Shown one piece after another: positions 61,276 through 64,000 of a stretch of 64,000 nt of DNA. Positions within the stretch are counted from its first letter, which is position 1; every line of letters starts with the position of its first letter. Below the pieces are notes generated by a model. It was given only the letters and a program-made list of their open reading frames with translations, did no database searches and was not told the origin of the DNA. The position numbers and the translations under genes were made by a program. The stretch comes from Verrucomicrobiota bacterium (GTDB lineage: Bacteria; Verrucomicrobiota; Verrucomicrobiia; Limisphaerales; SXQI01), in contig JANRLX010000103.1 of the NCBI GenBank assembly GCA_033762115.1, positions 18,387-82,386 on the forward strand. The letters are read 5' to 3'.

Positions 61276-64000
61276 CTACTTTACCACTTCCAGCGGGCCT
61301 TGCGCAGTCAGAAGAATTTCACCGGCATTCGCAGGCAACGTATAACCGCTCGAATCACCACCCGGCCAATAAACCTTCACCTGGTCTCCCTGGCTGGCGG
61401 CAGTCAAAATCTGCACCAGGCTGTTTTGTGTCCAGTACCCGCAACCAGCCTGCACTTCATGCAAGGCACGCGTTCCGTCCTGGCGCAAATGCTCGATCTT
61501 TGCGCCGATCCCGCCCGGATTTCCTCTCGAATGCTTTAATCGCACCCGGATGCCCGGTTTTGCCTCGGCAGCTTCATAACAAACAGTCCGATTTCCATTC
61601 TGGCAAACCACCAGTTCCAACCTGCCGTCGCCGTCGACGTCAGCGGTCACCGCAGCCCGTTGCTCCCCATAAATTTTGATGCCGCTCTCTTCCCCCTCCA
61701 CACATTCAAAACCGCCACGGCCATTCCCTTTGATCAGGATTCCCCGTCCTCCATCATTCCGCGACGTTTCCGGGTCACACGCAAAAAAATTCTGGCTCAT
61801 GAAAATATCCATGCTTCCATCCCCGTCAAAATCCGCGGGGACCACCGCAAACCCGGGCGCAAACTGGGAGATCGGCGGAAGTGGCCGGGCATGAAAACCA
61901 TCCGGCAAATTTAAAAATAATGTGTGTTCCAATGTCCGCGCCTCGAGGAACGATACCTTGCCAAATCCATTCAAAATCTCCTCAGCCGTGGCACTGGCAA
62001 ACGCCTGGTGGGTCGGATATCTCTGGCGCAACGTGGGAAAAATACGACTTTGATATTTCAGCCCCCGGTCCGGCACATAAGTATTTCTTTCCCGGTCCAG
62101 ATGCGCTTCCAGTAACTCTACCGTTCCATCCTGGTTGGCATCCGTGAAATAAATCCGTGGATTGCGATAAATCTCATACTTCGTGTTTCTTCCGCAATTG
62201 CTCGCCACGATATCCAGTCGCCCGTCCCCGTTGAAATCAGCCGTCGCCACGCCGTTCCACAACCCGCTCATTGTTTCCAGCCCGAGCCGTCGCGTCTGCT
62301 CCACAAACGTTCCCTTTTCATTCACAAACACGCGGATCGGCCCCCATTCAGTCGCCAATACCAAATCCACCCAGCCATCCCCTGTCACATCGCTGAACAC
62401 CGCGCCGCTCACCATCCCGATCTCCCTGAACGGCCCGGAAGCGTTCTCATCCCGGCTCAGCCCCCGTGCATCCCTGCGATAAATAAATGATGAAACCGCC
62501 ACCGGATATTTCCCCGCCAATACCCTGCCTCCCACGAAAAGGTCCAGGTCCCCATCCCGGTCAATATCCGCCGCTGCGAGCGGCCCAATCCCCACCGGCA
62601 GCCGGTCCAGTTCCTTCGCTTCGACCTCCCCCTGCCGCAGCGCCACCAGCGCGGAGTCAGTCCCGCTTTGATATCCTGAAATGGCATACACGATTTCCAT
62701 GTTCCCTTCCGCTGAAGGAACCATCACCATGCCAGCGATATCTCCGGGGCATGCCGGGAATGTAACCTTACTTCGTTGAAAACCATTCGCCCCTACTTCA
62801 AACAATTCGATCCTTCCCCCCGCGCCGCTTCCAATCAAAAGCTCATCCCGTGCATCTCCATTCCAATCCCCGCTCACCAGCGCAGGTCCCGGCTGGCAAA
62901 GCTTCCTCGGCAGGCCCGGTTGCCTCGCAATATCATCAAATGAATCCTCATGATGCCGATGCGGCAGCTTGTCCGAAACCTCCCGGAAAAGCGGTCGCGG
63001 TTTCCTTCTCAAATCCTCCGGCAGCGGTTCGGAAACCTCTTCATCAATTTCATAAATCCTGTTTGCCACCGCATTTTTAACCACACTCCTGCTTCCCTGT
63101 CTCCAGATCACCTCGATGGTAAATTGGTTCGTCGCATTCCACGCCGCGAAAGTCCGCATCGGTTCATCCCCCGCAAGATACCGGCCTCCGGCAATGATTT
63201 CCTGCTGCTGCTCCACAGGGCCGCCAAGCACCTTGATCTTTCCCCCGATCCCGAACCGGTTTGGCGCTTTCCCCTTCAACCTTACCGCCAGTCGGGGGGC
63301 TGCTGAATCATTCCGATAAATCAACGGCGGCGCGTTGATGCAATTCAGAATCACATCCTGGTCCCCATCCCGGTCCAGGTCCGCCAATGCCATCCCATGC
63401 GCAATCGACGTGGAATCAAACCCCCATTCACGGCTCACATCCTCAAACCGCAGGTTTTTCAGGTTGTGGAACGCCGCCTTCGGGGGATCGAGCACCGGGT
63501 AACGTTCAAGCACCGTCGCATTTTTTTTCCCCCGCTCAGTCGCCACCGCTTCCGCCACATCCAGGTCATTCACATCATGCATATGCCCGTTGCTCACGAG
63601 CACATCCTCGTAACCATCCAGGTCTGCATCCAAAAAAATCGGCGCCCACGACCAGTCCGATGCCGCCAGCCCGCTGTAAAACCCAATTTCACTGTAAGTC
63701 CCATCCCCCCGGTTCCAGTAAAGCGCATTCCGCGCCACTTCCTCCCGTCCTTCCAGGTCTCCCGGCACCCGAAAAATCCCCATCATCGCTGAAGATTGCC
63801 GGATCCCCCTCTGATGAGAGCGGCTGAGCATTTCGACCGTAAAAATTTCCAGCTTCCCATCCCGGTCCAGGTCCGCCATGTCCACTCCCATTGAGGCATA
63901 GCTCATGTTCCGGATCGCCAGCTTCTCAATCGCCCGGAATTTCCCTTTCCCATCATTCAGCCAGATCCGGTCCGGTGTTTGAAAATCGTTGCACACATAA
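61276..64000 (-). CDS. FG-GAP/VCBS-repeat protein with two ASPIC/UnbV domains (CRTAC1-like), paralog 3; N-terminus outside the window
   Basis: The frame is open to the window edge; '..YVCNDFQTPDRIWLNDG' aligns to about residue 300 of the paralogs. UnbV domains 'GIGGKIKVLGGPVEQQQEIIAGGRYLAGDEPMRTFA' and 'GIGAKIEHLRQDG..ALHEVQAGCGYWTQNS'. Confidence 0.9.
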   Translation of the reverse strand, partial: YVCNDFQTPDRIWLNDGKGKFRAIEKLAIRNMSYASMGVDMADLDRDGKLEIFTVEMLSRSHQRGIRQSSAMMGIFRVPGDLEGREEVARNALYWNRGDGTYSEIGFYSGLAASDWSWAPIFLDADLDGYEDVLVSNGHMHDVNDLDVAEAVATERGKKNATVLERYPVLDPPKAAFHNLKNLRFEDVSREWGFDSTSIAHGMALADLDRDGDQDVILNCINAPPLIYRNDSAAPRLAVRLKGKAPNRFGIGGKIKVLGGPVEQQQEIIAGGRYLAGDEPMRTFAAWNATNQFTIEVIWRQGSRSVVKNAVANRIYEIDEEVSEPLPEDLRRKPRPLFREVSDKLPHRHHEDSFDDIARQPGLPRKLCQPGPALVSGDWNGDARDELLIGSGAGGRIELFEVGANGFQRSKVTFPACPGDIAGMVMVPSAEGNMEIVYAISGYQSGTDSALVALRQGEVEAKELDRLPVGIGPLAAADIDRDGDLDLFVGGRVLAGKYPVAVSSFIYRRDARGLSRDENASGPFREIGMVSGAVFSDVTGDGWVDLVLATEWGPIRVFVNEKGTFVEQTRRLGLETMSGLWNGVATADFNGDGRLDIVASNCGRNTKYEIYRNPRIYFTDANQDGTVELLEAHLDRERNTYVPDRGLKYQSRIFPTLRQRYPTHQAFASATAEEILNGFGKVSFLEARTLEHTLFLNLPDGFHARPLPPISQFAPGFAVVPADFDGDGSMDIFMSQNFFACDPETSRNDGGRGILIKGNGRGGFECVEGEESGIKIYGEQRAAVTADVDGDGRLELVVCQNGNRTVCYEAAEAKPGIRVRLKHSRGNPGGIGAKIEHLRQDGTRALHEVQAGCGYWTQNSLVQILTAASQGDQVKVYWPGGDSSGYTLPANAGEILLTAQGPLEVVK

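Overview
This is a gene-dense 64-kb chromosomal segment with about 60 CDS and one tRNA-Gly. I saw no rRNA, CRISPR array, transposase or integrase. The gene content points to a Verrucomicrobiota/PVC-type bacterium, which is an inference: tandem giant FG-GAP/ASPIC-UnbV proteins, DUF1080, DUF4159-MoxR-DUF58, a membrane-tethered ECF sigma factor and LL-DAP aminotransferase. Housekeeping blocks are dapL, thyA-nif3-prmC-murA, tolQ-tolR-tolA-like-tolB-pal, rpmH-rnpA-yidD-yidC-jag-sixA and aroB. The most unusual part is an 11-kb run of 13 minus-strand genes (33255..44370). It holds (i) a five-gene operon of receiver protein, miniaturised DsrE/F/H(TusDCB)-like trio and a secreted HCX5R-phosphatase-fold::CXXCH cytochrome-c'-like fusion, and (ii) a KaiA-less, translationally coupled receiver-PAS-helical protein/kaiB/kaiC/glycerate-kinase operon. 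It also holds (iii) a membrane protein/HisKA_3 kinase/LuxR regulator operon plus a sialidase. Other candidates are a VTC-domain/DUF4956/HlyD-adaptor triad preceded by an 11-bp-phased direct repeat, and an SPFH protein with a C-terminal excisionase-type HTH paired with a double zinc-ribbon membrane protein. A decaying accessory patch next to tRNA-Gly contains an Mrr-like endonuclease pseudogene and an in-frame Hen1(N-terminus)::Pnkp(C-terminal tail) chimera, apparently a deletion scar of an RNA-repair cassette. All calls rest on motif recognition by eye; no database search was run.
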